A stretch of 64,000 bases of DNA from an uncultured Gammaproteobacteria bacterium (GCA_964507055.1 CAZDOJ010000001.1:721313-785312), one strand, 5' to 3'. Positions 1 through 10,427 are shown, counted from the first letter of the stretch. Numbers and translations are program-made. Notes: generated by a model not told the origin, from the letters alone.

Positions 1-631
1 TAATTCCTGCATTGGATAAATGATAAGTTCCATACTTATCAGTTTCGATTAGCTTTTTAATACCTTCTACCAGATCCAAGGAATATGTAGGCGTACTTAC
101 CTCATCTTTAACCAATTCAATTTTTTTATCTTTTATCGCTTTGTTTAAGACTGCATGGATAAAATTAGAATTCCATTTGCTATAAAGCCAAGAAGTTCGC
201 ACAATAAAATGCTTCTTAACTTTTTCTTTAATAATTTTTTCTGCTTCTAATTTCGTTTTACCAACAATTGTAATGGGATTTGGTTTATCATCTTCATGAT
301 AGGGAGTTTTCTTTTTTCCATCAAATACTTCATTTGTGCTAACGAGCAAAACAGCAGCATCAATCTCTGCAGCTGCTTCCGCAACATATTTTGTACCGTT
401 CACATTTATGTCATATGCTTTATCTGGATGTAATGCACATTCATCGCCTCGTGTGAGTGATGCAAAGTGAAAAATAATATCAGGTTTGAATGCTTTAATC
501 TGTTTATCAACTATTTTTTTGTCAGTAATATCAAGATTCTCTCGGGTGCCAAAAAACAAATCTTTTTGTGGATATATTTCAGCAATTGTTTTCGCTAACT
601 GCCCATTTGCTCCTGTTATAAATATCTTCAT
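1..631 (-). CDS. RmlD-family (dTDP-4-dehydrorhamnose reductase-like) NAD(P)-binding protein; 3' end cut by window edge
   Basis: Absent from the ORF track because it runs off the window. My reverse translation from ATG at 629-631 gives MKIFITGANGQLAKTI (Rossmann GxxGxxG), STNEVFDG, PITIVGKTKLEAEKII and VRTSWLYS, collinear with RmlD. The catalytic-Tyr position reads Val (see findings). Confidence 0.75.
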   Translation of the reverse strand, partial: MKIFITGANGQLAKTIAEIYPQKDLFFGTRENLDITDKKIVDKQIKAFKPDIIFHFASLTRGDECALHPDKAYDINVNGTKYVAEAAAEIDAAVLLVSTNEVFDGKKKTPYHEDDKPNPITIVGKTKLEAEKIIKEKVKKHFIVRTSWLYSKWNSNFIHAVLNKAIKDKKIELVKDEVSTPTYSLDLVEGIKKLIETDKYGTYHLSNAGI

Positions 632-727
632 AGAAAAACTTGATTGTAACTTAATATAACAAATTAAAGCTCAAATTGATAGTAGTGCCTCATGTATGAA
701 GAGGATGAACGAATAGCAAATTTATAA

Positions 728-1420
728 TTAGGAGATCTTTCGAAACTTAAGAAAGATATTATGGAATCCATCTTTGGAATACTCCATATCTTCCTTTTTC
801 AAGAAGAATTCTTGAAAAAATGGCTTTCGTCTAAAAATCCATTTCGACACATATGTGTTCAATTGTGAAAGGACAGTCCATCCTCCAGCAGTAACAACAC
901 ATTCTTCTATTGCAAACTTATTTTTTGTAGCATAACTAAGAAAATCTTTTTCTGTATAATGCCTGTGTCCTATTAACCAGAACGCTGGATCAAGAGAAGT
1001 AGAAATGAATGAACGATAAGGTGTAGAAAGATAAAACACTCCATTCTTTTTCAAAACTCGATGAACCTCTTTAAAGAATTTGTGCTCTGTATTTTGAGGA
1101 ATATGTTCAATAACTTCCCAAGAAACAATTGTGTCAGCACTCTTATCTTTAAACGGCAGATCGATTGCACTACCTACCTTTGTCGAAAAATTCTTATTCT
1201 TAATGTTTTCATTTATTGTCTTTAAATCTTCTTCAGATATTTCTATACCTACAATACTTTTAGGTTTTTTCTTAAATGCATGCAGCTCAAACCAACCATA
1301 TCCACAACCTACATTGATTATTGATTTATTTGTAATATCTTTAACATCTACAAAAGAAAGTGTTTTTTTTAATCTTCCAGTTAATCTTTTATCTGGCTTT
1401 TCGTTTAGTATATTCTTCAT
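728..1420 (-). CDS. class I SAM-dependent methyltransferase
   Basis: Motif I INVGCGYGWF, then DTIVSWEVIEHI and GVFYLSTP (Methyltransf_11-like). 4-nt ATGA overlap with the upstream GT2 gene. Confidence 0.8.
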   Translation of the reverse strand: MKNILNEKPDKRLTGRLKKTLSFVDVKDITNKSIINVGCGYGWFELHAFKKKPKSIVGIEISEEDLKTINENIKNKNFSTKVGSAIDLPFKDKSADTIVSWEVIEHIPQNTEHKFFKEVHRVLKKNGVFYLSTPYRSFISTSLDPAFWLIGHRHYTEKDFLSYATKNKFAIEECVVTAGGWTVLSQLNTYVSKWIFRRKPFFQEFFLKKEDMEYSKDGFHNIFLKFRKIS

Positions 1421-2259
1421 AATTTAGATACCAGTAATCCAATTCCGCCTGAGGAGAATTCAAGTCCTTTTAATACTACTGAACCGATTCCCACAGTTGG
1501 ATTTTTCAAAAATGCTGAACGATTTCGGTAGTAGCACTTAACCTCTTCCAAAAGAAGACTTTGACCAGAGACATTATGTTTTTTGAAATAACTTCCAGCG
1601 GTTTTTCCATAACTAAATTTCTTGTAAATCATTCTACCCAACTTAAGATAGCCTAAGTTGTGATAAACAACATTTTTACAGTACCCTATTTTGCTAATTG
1701 CCTTGTATCTTCTATGTGTATCAAAGTCTTCACCAGAACTTAATTTCTCATCATATCCTCCAACCTTTTTAAAGATTTGAGTTCGGACAAGTCTAGCCGA
1801 TTCAATATTGTCATTACCCCAATAACATTTTCGCTCAAATGCTTTACATTTACTCCAGTAACCATTTGTAATATCCTCCTCATGAACAATCAGTGCCCCA
1901 ATTTCTTTTTCTTGCATAAATATTTTTGCTGCTTCAGTAAGTAATCCTTTAGACAAAATCATATCGCTATCTAAATGATAAAGGATACTTCCCTTTGCTG
2001 CACTTGCACCCTTGTTACGAGATTTTGTTGGTGGAGAATAAAATTTCGGTTTTTGAAGAGTTATTAACTTTACTTTATTTTTGTGGACTATAGATGGTGT
2101 TTCATCAGTGCTCGTTTGGTCTACAACAATAACTTCAATATTTTTATACGTCTGTTTTTTAATAGAATCCAAACATGCTTGTAAATATTTCTGGCTATTG
2201 TATGTAGGAATAATTACGGATATTAGAGGAAGTTTTTCAGACATGATTATGTAAAACAA
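1417..2259 (-). CDS. glycosyltransferase family 2
   Basis: N-terminal ISVIIPTYNSQKYLQACLDSI and DxD-type HLDSDMIL; typical GT-A/GT2 layout. Confidence 0.85.
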   Translation of the reverse strand: MFYIIMSEKLPLISVIIPTYNSQKYLQACLDSIKKQTYKNIEVIVVDQTSTDETPSIVHKNKVKLITLQKPKFYSPPTKSRNKGASAAKGSILYHLDSDMILSKGLLTEAAKIFMQEKEIGALIVHEEDITNGYWSKCKAFERKCYWGNDNIESARLVRTQIFKKVGGYDEKLSSGEDFDTHRRYKAISKIGYCKNVVYHNLGYLKLGRMIYKKFSYGKTAGSYFKKHNVSGQSLLLEEVKCYYRNRSAFLKNPTVGIGSVVLKGLEFSSGGIGLLVSKL

Positions 2260-2321
2260 TATTTAGCCAGTTTATGATACTATTATTCATAGTTTAATAC
2301 AAGAGATAACTTCTTATTTCG

Positions 2322-4946
2322 ATGGATTTATTAATTTTTTCAGAGCTTATATCAAGTAATAATTTCTTTTTACTTTTAAGTCATTATTTTTCGTTTTTTG
2401 TTCCATTTAGTGGACTAGGTATTTATCTGCAAGGAGTACCAACTGCAAATATCTTGGATTTTTTTTGGGGAACAAATGCAGGACTAAGAACACTTCCATT
2501 GCTTTTTTTCCTATCGATACTTCAGTATGTTTTTCAGAATAATTGGAGTACTGCTTATTTGGCTATTTCAATTGTACTGCCATTTATTACATTCTTAATT
2601 GCATGTCGATTTCTGGGAAAACTTTCGCTATTTAATTTTATAGGTGCAATGTTCTATGGAGGAAATGTGTGGATTATTAATAGAATTTTTACGGGATTTT
2701 GGCAATTAAATTTGAGTTACGCATTTCTTCCTTTTCTCATTGTAATTCCATTACGATTAGTTTCTACCAAAGTTCATATAACTGAACTATTATTTCTTGT
2801 TTGTATTTATAGTATTGCAGCAAGCTTTGTGCTTATTTCTCAGCCTCATTTTCTTATTATTACTATACTTTTTGCCGTATTTCAATTTATACAATGTTGC
2901 ATTTCTAAAGATACTGACGCTCTCAAAAGATTGCTTATTTTCTATTTACCATCTGCATTTCTTTTCTTTTGCATCAATGCTTATTTTTTTATACCTGGGA
3001 TATTCTTTCCTGAAAAACTATTTACGGCACCAAATCAATACTTTTCAATAGGATCTGTCATATTCAACGGTCAAGGAAATTTAATCGAACACGTTCTTCG
3101 ATTTGAACCTTTAGGACAATCTTCTCAAAATTTTACATGGACATGGATAAACTTTATACAGTTTATACCTATTCTGTTATTTCTTATCATTTTTCTTATC
3201 AATAAAAACCGACAATATATATATTTACTGCTTGTTTTACTATTTATTTTTTTTGCAAAAGGTTTAAATGAACCTTTTGCTGATATTAGTAGATGGATTT
3301 ATCAAAACATCTTTTTTATGCATTATTTCCGCGATCCAGCAAGATTTATCGCTGGCGTTGTACTTTTTTCTTCAATGAGCATTGCAACATTTCATATAAA
3401 GAAAAAGCTTCCAAAAAAATTGCAACTACTTATAGTTGCTAGCACTATTTTACTTTTTATAACCATTAACATTAACTCGTTCTATCCACCAAAAACGGAT
3501 ATCTTTAAATCTACGAGTATCCCCAAAGAGTATCTTAACCTACAGAAATTTATTGCAAATGATCCTCGTATTGATGCACAACAGCGACTATTAATTCTTC
3601 CAAATAGACATGGATTACAGGGCTACCCTTGGTATACAAATCCTTCTCCAAATACATCCAACACCATATTCGATGCCATCCTACCATTAGAAATTTCTTT
3701 AGCAAATAGCTCAAATTACCCAGATAACTATTCGAATCAAATTAGTGCTTATATTTATGAAGAGTATACGAAAACTTATGATGAAAAGTTACTTATACCG
3801 CTCGGAGTACAATATGTTCTTATAGATGAATCGATTATTAAGCCGCAACTAGAAAAGGATATAGCTACGAGTTCTGCACAGGCATTATTAAACAATCCAG
3901 CGTATCAAAGAGTCTTTTATGAAAAGCCACTTAGTCTTTTTAAAGTGAATACTCAAGCAACTCTTTTTAGCGACCAGAAACCAGTTTTTGCCATTGGTAA
4001 TTTAGCAACAATCACTAAACAATATGTTTCTGGTATCGAAAGACCAACTATTCTCCTTAATCAACCTATTAATAGGGATTTAATAAATAATTCATATTTA
4101 AAAGACAGGGAAATTTTAATTGATGTAAAGAATCCACTTTTAACTATTACGGCAGAATCACTTGCTGAAAAGTATTTTGTGGATATATTAAAGGCTGGAT
4201 GGGATTATGACAAGATTTTTGGAAATTATGAACCATATAAGATGAAATCGGTCATAACTAATGGACAACTCTTTACCAGTGGAAGAGCCGTCGTTTCGCA
4301 ACCTAAAAATGGATTCATGCATATAAATCATGATCTAGAACCCGGAACATATAAAATCCTAATTAAAGCTCTTTCAGAATTCGATAGTGTGGGGATAGAA
4401 CTAGCAGCAGGAAACAAAAAAAACATTCAAGTGGATACAAGTAATCAGCTACTTTGGATCGATGCTGGAACAATTAAAATTGACAAAAAGCAGTCATATA
4501 TAACATTAACAAAAACAGATAGTAATCCTTTAGTAATTGATTATCTACTTTTAGTTCCTGAAACAACTTGGAATGAGTCGAAGAATTCAATGAATCAAAT
4601 TCTTCAAAATATGCGTGCTTATCATCCAATAAATACACAAAACTCAATTACTCAATTTACTATGCAAGATAGAGATATTATAGAATTGGGTAAAGCTTAT
4701 CCTTATATTACTGCTCGCATAAGTTACAGCGATTATTGGAGAAGTGACACTCCTTCAGAAAATTTTATAAGCGATGCATATGGAATAACATTCATAGCAA
4801 AAAACATAAACATAAAAAATATAGATTACTATCCAAGTAAAATCTTCAAAGCTTTATTTCTTATAACATTGACTATTGGTATTATTGTCGGTTCTTATTG
4901 TTATTATTTTATTATAAAGAGACTGAAGAACCACTTATTTAAGTAA
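2322..4946 (+). CDS. large polytopic membrane protein, N-terminal TM bundle + ~480-aa extracytoplasmic domain + C-terminal TM anchor (putative GT-C-fold glycosyltransferase, AftD/DUF3367-like architecture)
   Basis: 874-aa ORF. The first ~390 aa are strongly hydrophobic with many helices. A soluble domain follows, then a terminal helix IFKALFLITLTIGIIVGSYCYYFII. Family assignment rests on architecture only. Confidence 0.4.
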   Translation: MDLLIFSELISSNNFFLLLSHYFSFFVPFSGLGIYLQGVPTANILDFFWGTNAGLRTLPLLFFLSILQYVFQNNWSTAYLAISIVLPFITFLIACRFLGKLSLFNFIGAMFYGGNVWIINRIFTGFWQLNLSYAFLPFLIVIPLRLVSTKVHITELLFLVCIYSIAASFVLISQPHFLIITILFAVFQFIQCCISKDTDALKRLLIFYLPSAFLFFCINAYFFIPGIFFPEKLFTAPNQYFSIGSVIFNGQGNLIEHVLRFEPLGQSSQNFTWTWINFIQFIPILLFLIIFLINKNRQYIYLLLVLLFIFFAKGLNEPFADISRWIYQNIFFMHYFRDPARFIAGVVLFSSMSIATFHIKKKLPKKLQLLIVASTILLFITININSFYPPKTDIFKSTSIPKEYLNLQKFIANDPRIDAQQRLLILPNRHGLQGYPWYTNPSPNTSNTIFDAILPLEISLANSSNYPDNYSNQISAYIYEEYTKTYDEKLLIPLGVQYVLIDESIIKPQLEKDIATSSAQALLNNPAYQRVFYEKPLSLFKVNTQATLFSDQKPVFAIGNLATITKQYVSGIERPTILLNQPINRDLINNSYLKDREILIDVKNPLLTITAESLAEKYFVDILKAGWDYDKIFGNYEPYKMKSVITNGQLFTSGRAVVSQPKNGFMHINHDLEPGTYKILIKALSEFDSVGIELAAGNKKNIQVDTSNQLLWIDAGTIKIDKKQSYITLTKTDSNPLVIDYLLLVPETTWNESKNSMNQILQNMRAYHPINTQNSITQFTMQDRDIIELGKAYPYITARISYSDYWRSDTPSENFISDAYGITFIAKNINIKNIDYYPSKIFKALFLITLTIGIIVGSYCYYFIIKRLKNHLFK

Positions 4947-4972
4947 TTGATTGTATTTGAAATATCTCTTTA

Positions 4973-6097
4973 TTAAAGGTAGGAAGATGTTGCCCTAATT
5001 ATAGTTTTTGAACTTGATCCATATATTCCTACCTGGGCAGCATTAGAAGTACCTGCTTGATAATTTAAGTAATAGGGTGTTTTTGAAGATACTGATAACA
5101 CTTTAGTACGATTAACAGAGTAACCTACTCCTACTGTCCCACCACCTGCAGAATAAGTAATTCCTACTGCTGTAAGATCTGCATCACTTTCGGAATTATT
5201 AGCAGTAGAGAGTGTTGCCAATGCGTGTATTAAACCCGTAGTCCCATATCCCACCACAGCAGCTTGATAACTCGTATCCCAAATACCTATTGGGATATTA
5301 ATCTGTAAAGCATTATACCATGTTCCATATGTTGGATTTGTTGTACCGATGAATGTATTATCCGTTACTTCCACTGTCCATTTGTTTGGATCAAGAGAGA
5401 ATCCAACAGGTGCTTTTTGTGCGGAGAAATAAACAGTGCTAATCGTAGAATTTGCAAGTGTATAATCAGTCCCTCCATAAAGAGTTATTGTTGTATTTGG
5501 AGATGAGTAAGATATACCTGTAATAAGAAAGTATTTTATTGTTGATGATTGAGTAAGCCTGATTCTCATACCTGGAGTGTAAACACCGGTAAGATTTCCA
5601 GATGCAGTAGCAGTGAAGGTAGGCGTATCGGCTGAGGCATACGTCCAAGTCTCGCCAACATTAGTCCAACCACCTGCAATTGCATTTTGAGGTGTATTAG
5701 TGGTTGGTAGAGGTAGAGGATAATTAAGATCCTGACTTGCAAGCCCACTCATCCTTATCTTGACTGTTGTAACTCCATTGTCAGATGCATAGGGGCCTAC
5801 CATAGCAAAACAATGTGAAGATGTACACTCACCCGGGTTATTCGCAAGAGGCTGCCAATAATACACACTATTCGTCGGATCTTTTATTTGAGTAGAGGCT
5901 ATACTAGTCGTAAGATTTGCTCCAGTATAATCCCATTCCAGGCGACCTGTTGTTGGATCAAAAGTTACATTTGTTGCTGTAAAATCACTCGATGCAAATA
6001 CACGTGGCACAAAAGTAAAAATGCTGATGCTTAAAAAACCGAATAGAAGCAAAAGAGAAAAGATTCGAAGATATTTTTGAATCCGAAATTTCTTCAT
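4973..6097 (-). CDS. secreted Ser/Thr/Gly/Tyr-rich protein of unknown function
   Basis: N-terminal signal-like MKKFRIQKYLRIFSLLLLFGFLSISIFTFVPRVFA|SS. The mature part is beta-rich with no TM segment. No family recognised. Confidence 0.6.
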   Translation of the reverse strand: MKKFRIQKYLRIFSLLLLFGFLSISIFTFVPRVFASSDFTATNVTFDPTTGRLEWDYTGANLTTSIASTQIKDPTNSVYYWQPLANNPGECTSSHCFAMVGPYASDNGVTTVKIRMSGLASQDLNYPLPLPTTNTPQNAIAGGWTNVGETWTYASADTPTFTATASGNLTGVYTPGMRIRLTQSSTIKYFLITGISYSSPNTTITLYGGTDYTLANSTISTVYFSAQKAPVGFSLDPNKWTVEVTDNTFIGTTNPTYGTWYNALQINIPIGIWDTSYQAAVVGYGTTGLIHALATLSTANNSESDADLTAVGITYSAGGGTVGVGYSVNRTKVLSVSSKTPYYLNYQAGTSNAAQVGIYGSSSKTIIRATSSYL

Positions 6098-6161
6098 TAT
6101 AATTTTATATTGAAGAGTTTAAATTCTTTTGTCAATAGTGCAAACTCTATAAATAATTTAA

Positions 6162-7262
6162 CTATAATTTAATAAGTTTCTGCATAAAGCGTACACTAAC
6201 ATCTGCTGTTTTATCCCATGAATATTGGAGAGAATCTTTATAAACTTCTTTTTGCATACTTATATATTCTTTCTTATTATGTAATATTTTAATTACTTTA
6301 TTCGCAAGTTCCTCAGGTGTTTTATTGACTAAAATACCTGTCCGATTCTGTTTTACAATATCTCGAAACCCTTCAATGTTATAAACCACAGCAGGAGTTT
6401 TTACCAATCCTGCTTCAGGAATAGTTAATCCCCAACCCTCCTGCGTAGATGCACTTACAAGAAGATGCGATTTAGATAGGAGTAGGAACTTTTCTTTTTC
6501 ATTGACAAATCCCAATAATTTCACGGATTCTTGTAAATGTAGTTTAGTAATTTTTTCTTTTAATTGATCTACAAATTGTTCTTCTCCTGAACCAACAAGC
6601 CAAAGTTTTACTGTTGGTAATTTCTTATGCATTAACGCCAACGCTTCTATAAGGTCCTGTGTTCCTTTTTGTTTATTTAAACGCCCTACAGAAATAAGCG
6701 TTAAATCCTTTTCTTTTTTCTCAATTTTTATATGCTTCGGAATCGTAATTCCCATTGGAAGTACCTCAATATTTTTTTGGTTGTACCCCACCGCAATAAG
6801 ATCAATTTTCGTTGAAAGTGATATAACCATTGTCGGAACATTTTTATAAAGATATAAATACATTTTCTCGATGAATAAGAAAACCAGAGCAATAGGATAA
6901 GGGAAAATCTTAAAAAAAAGTTTACTAGCTACTTCACAAGTTAAGGCAACAGTTTTTTTCGGAGCATAGAGGGCAGAAAAAAAAGGAAACCAATGTACTT
7001 CGTCAACAATTACGTCATACTTATTTTTATTATTCATATAAAACAAAAATGCATGTATATGAACAGTCCACCACTTCCCTCGACGTTTAAAAAGGACATT
7101 ATCTATCTTTTCTTCAGCCTTACTTTCCAAAAACGCAGATGAAAATTGCGTTACTTTATGGCCTGATTTTACCCATCTTTTTGCCATTTCGTGTGTCAGG
7201 ATTTCTGCTCCTCCGCCTGCAGGATTCTTGATATCACGCCAATTTAATATAAGTATTCTCAT
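6162..7262 (-). CDS. glycosyltransferase family 4 (GT-B)
   Basis: EX7E motif EGWGLTIPEAG, and N-terminal MRILILNWRDIKNPAGGGAE typical of GT4. Confidence 0.85.
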   Translation of the reverse strand: MRILILNWRDIKNPAGGGAEILTHEMAKRWVKSGHKVTQFSSAFLESKAEEKIDNVLFKRRGKWWTVHIHAFLFYMNNKNKYDVIVDEVHWFPFFSALYAPKKTVALTCEVASKLFFKIFPYPIALVFLFIEKMYLYLYKNVPTMVISLSTKIDLIAVGYNQKNIEVLPMGITIPKHIKIEKKEKDLTLISVGRLNKQKGTQDLIEALALMHKKLPTVKLWLVGSGEEQFVDQLKEKITKLHLQESVKLLGFVNEKEKFLLLSKSHLLVSASTQEGWGLTIPEAGLVKTPAVVYNIEGFRDIVKQNRTGILVNKTPEELANKVIKILHNKKEYISMQKEVYKDSLQYSWDKTADVSVRFMQKLIKL

Positions 7263-8086
7263 GAGGATTTTGCAGTTTGGACACTCTCAACATTAAAGTT
7301 CTTTTTATTATTATAGTATTTAAGTATTCTCAATCGATAAAATACCGCGGCTGTGTCCCAAAGCATGAGGAAAATGATTCGCCACATACTGCCCGATGTT
7401 ATACTACCACTTTTAAAGTTTATTTCAACTGGTGCCTCATAAATTCTTTTGTATCCTAATGCATATGACACTGCAAGCATCTCTATATCGAAAGCGTATC
7501 TTTTTACTATTAATCTTGGGAGAACATCTTGCACAACTTTTCTCTTAAAAAATTTGATACCCACTTGTGTATCTCGAACTTTAAATCCAAAGAGTATTCG
7601 GGTAAAAAGACGATACCCCCAGGATAATACTTTTCTAAAAAAAGGATAATTAACTTTTGATGCAGAATGGAGCTTTGATCCAACAATAACGTCAGCGTTA
7701 TACCAAATCATATGATTAAGTAACATAGAAAAACCGACAGTATTTATATCCATCCCGGCATCAATAAATCCAATTACATCGCCTTTTGCTAACAACATCC
7801 CATATCGTATTGCATAACCTTTTCCTTGATTCTGTTTGTATGCAACAGTTTTTACTTTATTTGATTTAATTTTCTTTGTATTTTCAAATGTCTTATCAAC
7901 CAATCCATCCACTACAATTATAATTTCATATTTAAACCCAACGGCATCCAATGTATCTGTAATATTTTTAATATCCCGAACAATAGTTTTTTCCTGTTTG
8001 TAAGCTGGGATTACAACTGAAAGTAAATTAATGGAGAAACTGTCGCGGTTATTCATAGAGGTAGTATAGCAAAAGATTTTTCTCAA
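7259..8086 (-). CDS. glycosyltransferase family 2, polyprenol-phosphate-sugar-synthase-like (C-terminal membrane helix)
   Basis: LSVVIPAYKQEKTI, IDAGMD and DTQVGIKFF (DPM1/GtrB-like Q/V-G-x-K-x-F), plus C-terminal hydrophobic MWRIIFLMLWDTAAVFY. The start may be the internal Met at 8056. Confidence 0.7.
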   Translation of the reverse strand: MRKIFCYTTSMNNRDSFSINLLSVVIPAYKQEKTIVRDIKNITDTLDAVGFKYEIIIVVDGLVDKTFENTKKIKSNKVKTVAYKQNQGKGYAIRYGMLLAKGDVIGFIDAGMDINTVGFSMLLNHMIWYNADVIVGSKLHSASKVNYPFFRKVLSWGYRLFTRILFGFKVRDTQVGIKFFKRKVVQDVLPRLIVKRYAFDIEMLAVSYALGYKRIYEAPVEINFKSGSITSGSMWRIIFLMLWDTAAVFYRLRILKYYNNKKNFNVESVQTAKSS

Positions 8087-8095
8087 ACAAAGCTT

Positions 8096-9355
8096 TTAAT
8101 GTTTCCTAATAACAAAAAGATAATAAAGCGATAGTCCTGCTACAAGTATACTTGTTACAACAATTGATGTCCCTACAATCTGAATAAATGTGTCGTGATA
8201 CATATAAATTAAAATAATTTGTGCAAGTGCACCTAACAAAACAGGAATAAACACTTTTACTTGCTTTATAGAAAGATAAAAATTAACAATTATGAATAAT
8301 AGTGTATAAAGAGACATGAATACACCAAACAAAACAAGCAGAGGCCCAAATGCTAAATTCTCTACTTTCTTAGTAAAGAACATTATTGTCGGTTCGGGGA
8401 AGAAATAATAAAATAGTGTTAAAAGAACGGACGGTGTAAGGACAAGCAGTATGGAAAGCTTAAATGTATTTGAGAAACTCTCTTTATTACTATACTTCTG
8501 CACAATAATAGGAAACATGACCGAACTTATGGGTGAAGAGATATAATAAATAACCTTTCCGATTAACGCTAAGCCAGCATATATACCAGCATCGGTCGGA
8601 TTAAAGAAATGTTTTACAAGAATAATATCTATAGAAATTAGTGAGGTTAAACCTATCCAAGTTAAAGTCGATGGAATGCCGTATCGAAACAACTCTTTTG
8701 TGTCAATTGATGGCACATGAAGTTTTTTTGTGAAGACGAACTTTAATGGCCAAAAGCTCGCAACATATGCAAAAAGTGCTGATAAAAATATTGCACCAAC
8801 TGCACCATTAACACTAAAGCCTAGAAGAACAGCAGAGACACCCACAACTAATTTAGCAATAGCACCAACCATGTTCACCATTACTTGAGCAGTAAAAGCA
8901 AGCTTCGCTTGAATAAATGCCATGTTTATAACACTTATAATCCCTAGAAAAATTATAAAACTCGTTAATATAAGCAAAGAGACATCTTTAATATGTAAAA
9001 ATGCACCTATCTGAGGAATAAATATAAGAAAACCAATGAAGAAAACACAGCCAAGAATAAAGAAGAATTTCATTATTTTATAATAAAATCCTCGTGCCTT
9101 GTCGTATTCTTTTTTTGCAAAGTAGCTACCTGCAAATTGTATAACTAATGGAACTGATGCTGAAGCGATGAGTGCGGGAAATGATATTACGGAAATAATA
9201 CTTGCAAGAACTCCGTAGTCCGCATTTGATAAATTCCGAGTCATGTAGACATTAAAAAGGAAATTAAAAAAGTTGGCTGATACATTACCGATAACAACAA
9301 TTGCACTCCCATAAATTAGCGGATGTTTAATAAGTTTTACAGCTTTTTCTCTCAT
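8096..9355 (-). CDS. Wzx-like oligosaccharide flippase (MOP/polysaccharide biosynthesis protein family)
   Basis: About 12-14 TM helices throughout. I trimmed the track ORF (to 9481) to MREKAVKLIK at 9353-9355, which sits 1 nt after the stop (9357-9359) of the upstream gene. Confidence 0.7.
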   Translation of the reverse strand: MREKAVKLIKHPLIYGSAIVVIGNVSANFFNFLFNVYMTRNLSNADYGVLASIISVISFPALIASASVPLVIQFAGSYFAKKEYDKARGFYYKIMKFFFILGCVFFIGFLIFIPQIGAFLHIKDVSLLILTSFIIFLGIISVINMAFIQAKLAFTAQVMVNMVGAIAKLVVGVSAVLLGFSVNGAVGAIFLSALFAYVASFWPLKFVFTKKLHVPSIDTKELFRYGIPSTLTWIGLTSLISIDIILVKHFFNPTDAGIYAGLALIGKVIYYISSPISSVMFPIIVQKYSNKESFSNTFKLSILLVLTPSVLLTLFYYFFPEPTIMFFTKKVENLAFGPLLVLFGVFMSLYTLLFIIVNFYLSIKQVKVFIPVLLGALAQIILIYMYHDTFIQIVGTSIVVTSILVAGLSLYYLFVIRKH

Positions 9356-9356
9356 A

Positions 9357-10412
9357 TTATTTTCTTTGCATAACTTTCTGGTAGACAAGTACTGTTTGCT
9401 CAGCAGTCTTTTCCCATTTAAATTCCTTTGCACGTTCAAGTCCTTTGCGTGATAGCTCTTTTTGTAAAGCTGGATTATCAAATACCTTTTTTATTCCACT
9501 CGCGATACTTTCAATACTATGACTATCGACATAATAACAAGCATCCCCGCCAACCTCAGGAAGTGAGCCTTCTTTTGTGGTTATAACTGCACATCCGGAT
9601 TGCATTGCTTCAATAACAGGCAAACCGAAACCTTCATAATAGGAAGGCATAATAAAAACTGTTGCTATATTATAGAGTATGGTCAAATCTTCGGTAGGGA
9701 CAAAACCTAAAGTAATAACCTTGTCATTACTACGAATCATATCCTGAACTTTCACCAAATCACTATTCCATGGGTTTTCTCTATCAAAATCTGTTTGGAC
9801 AAGACTTTTCCCAACCAAAACAATTGGCAGACCTGTTTTTTTAACTGCTTGAAGTAAATTCGGAAGATTTTTATTCCATGTGACATCACCGACATATAAT
9901 ATAAACTTCTCAGGAAGATTGTACTTGCTTCGTATAACCTTTTTCACTGAACTAGTCTTGTCTAGCTTTTTAAACTCTTCTCCTGCTGCTAAATAGGATA
10001 TAAAGACTTTATCCTCTGGAACACCAATTATTTCTACGATATCATCTTTCGATGATTGTGAATCCGTAATGATGGCATCGACTTTTCGAAGATTCATCTT
10101 TTGTATTTGCCAACGAATAGTACCCTTTACACCCACTGGAAAGTATTTGTGAAATTTAATTGGAGTAAGATCGTGAACAGTAACAATCGTTTTATGTTTT
10201 TTAACTAATGGTAATGTCAAGAAAAATGGATCAAAGTATGGATAGTGAACAATATCAGTATTAGATGGTATTTCGCTCGTTTTTGTAAAAAAGTTATATT
10301 TATTTTTGGGAAAATAAGAAAGAAGTGATCGCTTTAAATAGGTTAAATAAAACCCAACTCCTCGGATCTTATGACCAGTTTGTAATGGGGAGACATCGAT
10401 GGCGATATTCAT
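9357..10412 (-). CDS. glycosyltransferase family 4 (GT-B)
   Basis: EX7E motif EGFGLPVIEAMQSGCAVITT; GT4-type N-terminal domain. Confidence 0.85.
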   Translation of the reverse strand: MNIAIDVSPLQTGHKIRGVGFYLTYLKRSLLSYFPKNKYNFFTKTSEIPSNTDIVHYPYFDPFFLTLPLVKKHKTIVTVHDLTPIKFHKYFPVGVKGTIRWQIQKMNLRKVDAIITDSQSSKDDIVEIIGVPEDKVFISYLAAGEEFKKLDKTSSVKKVIRSKYNLPEKFILYVGDVTWNKNLPNLLQAVKKTGLPIVLVGKSLVQTDFDRENPWNSDLVKVQDMIRSNDKVITLGFVPTEDLTILYNIATVFIMPSYYEGFGLPVIEAMQSGCAVITTKEGSLPEVGGDACYYVDSHSIESIASGIKKVFDNPALQKELSRKGLERAKEFKWEKTAEQTVLVYQKVMQRK

Positions 10413-10427
10413 TATTAAAAATATTTC

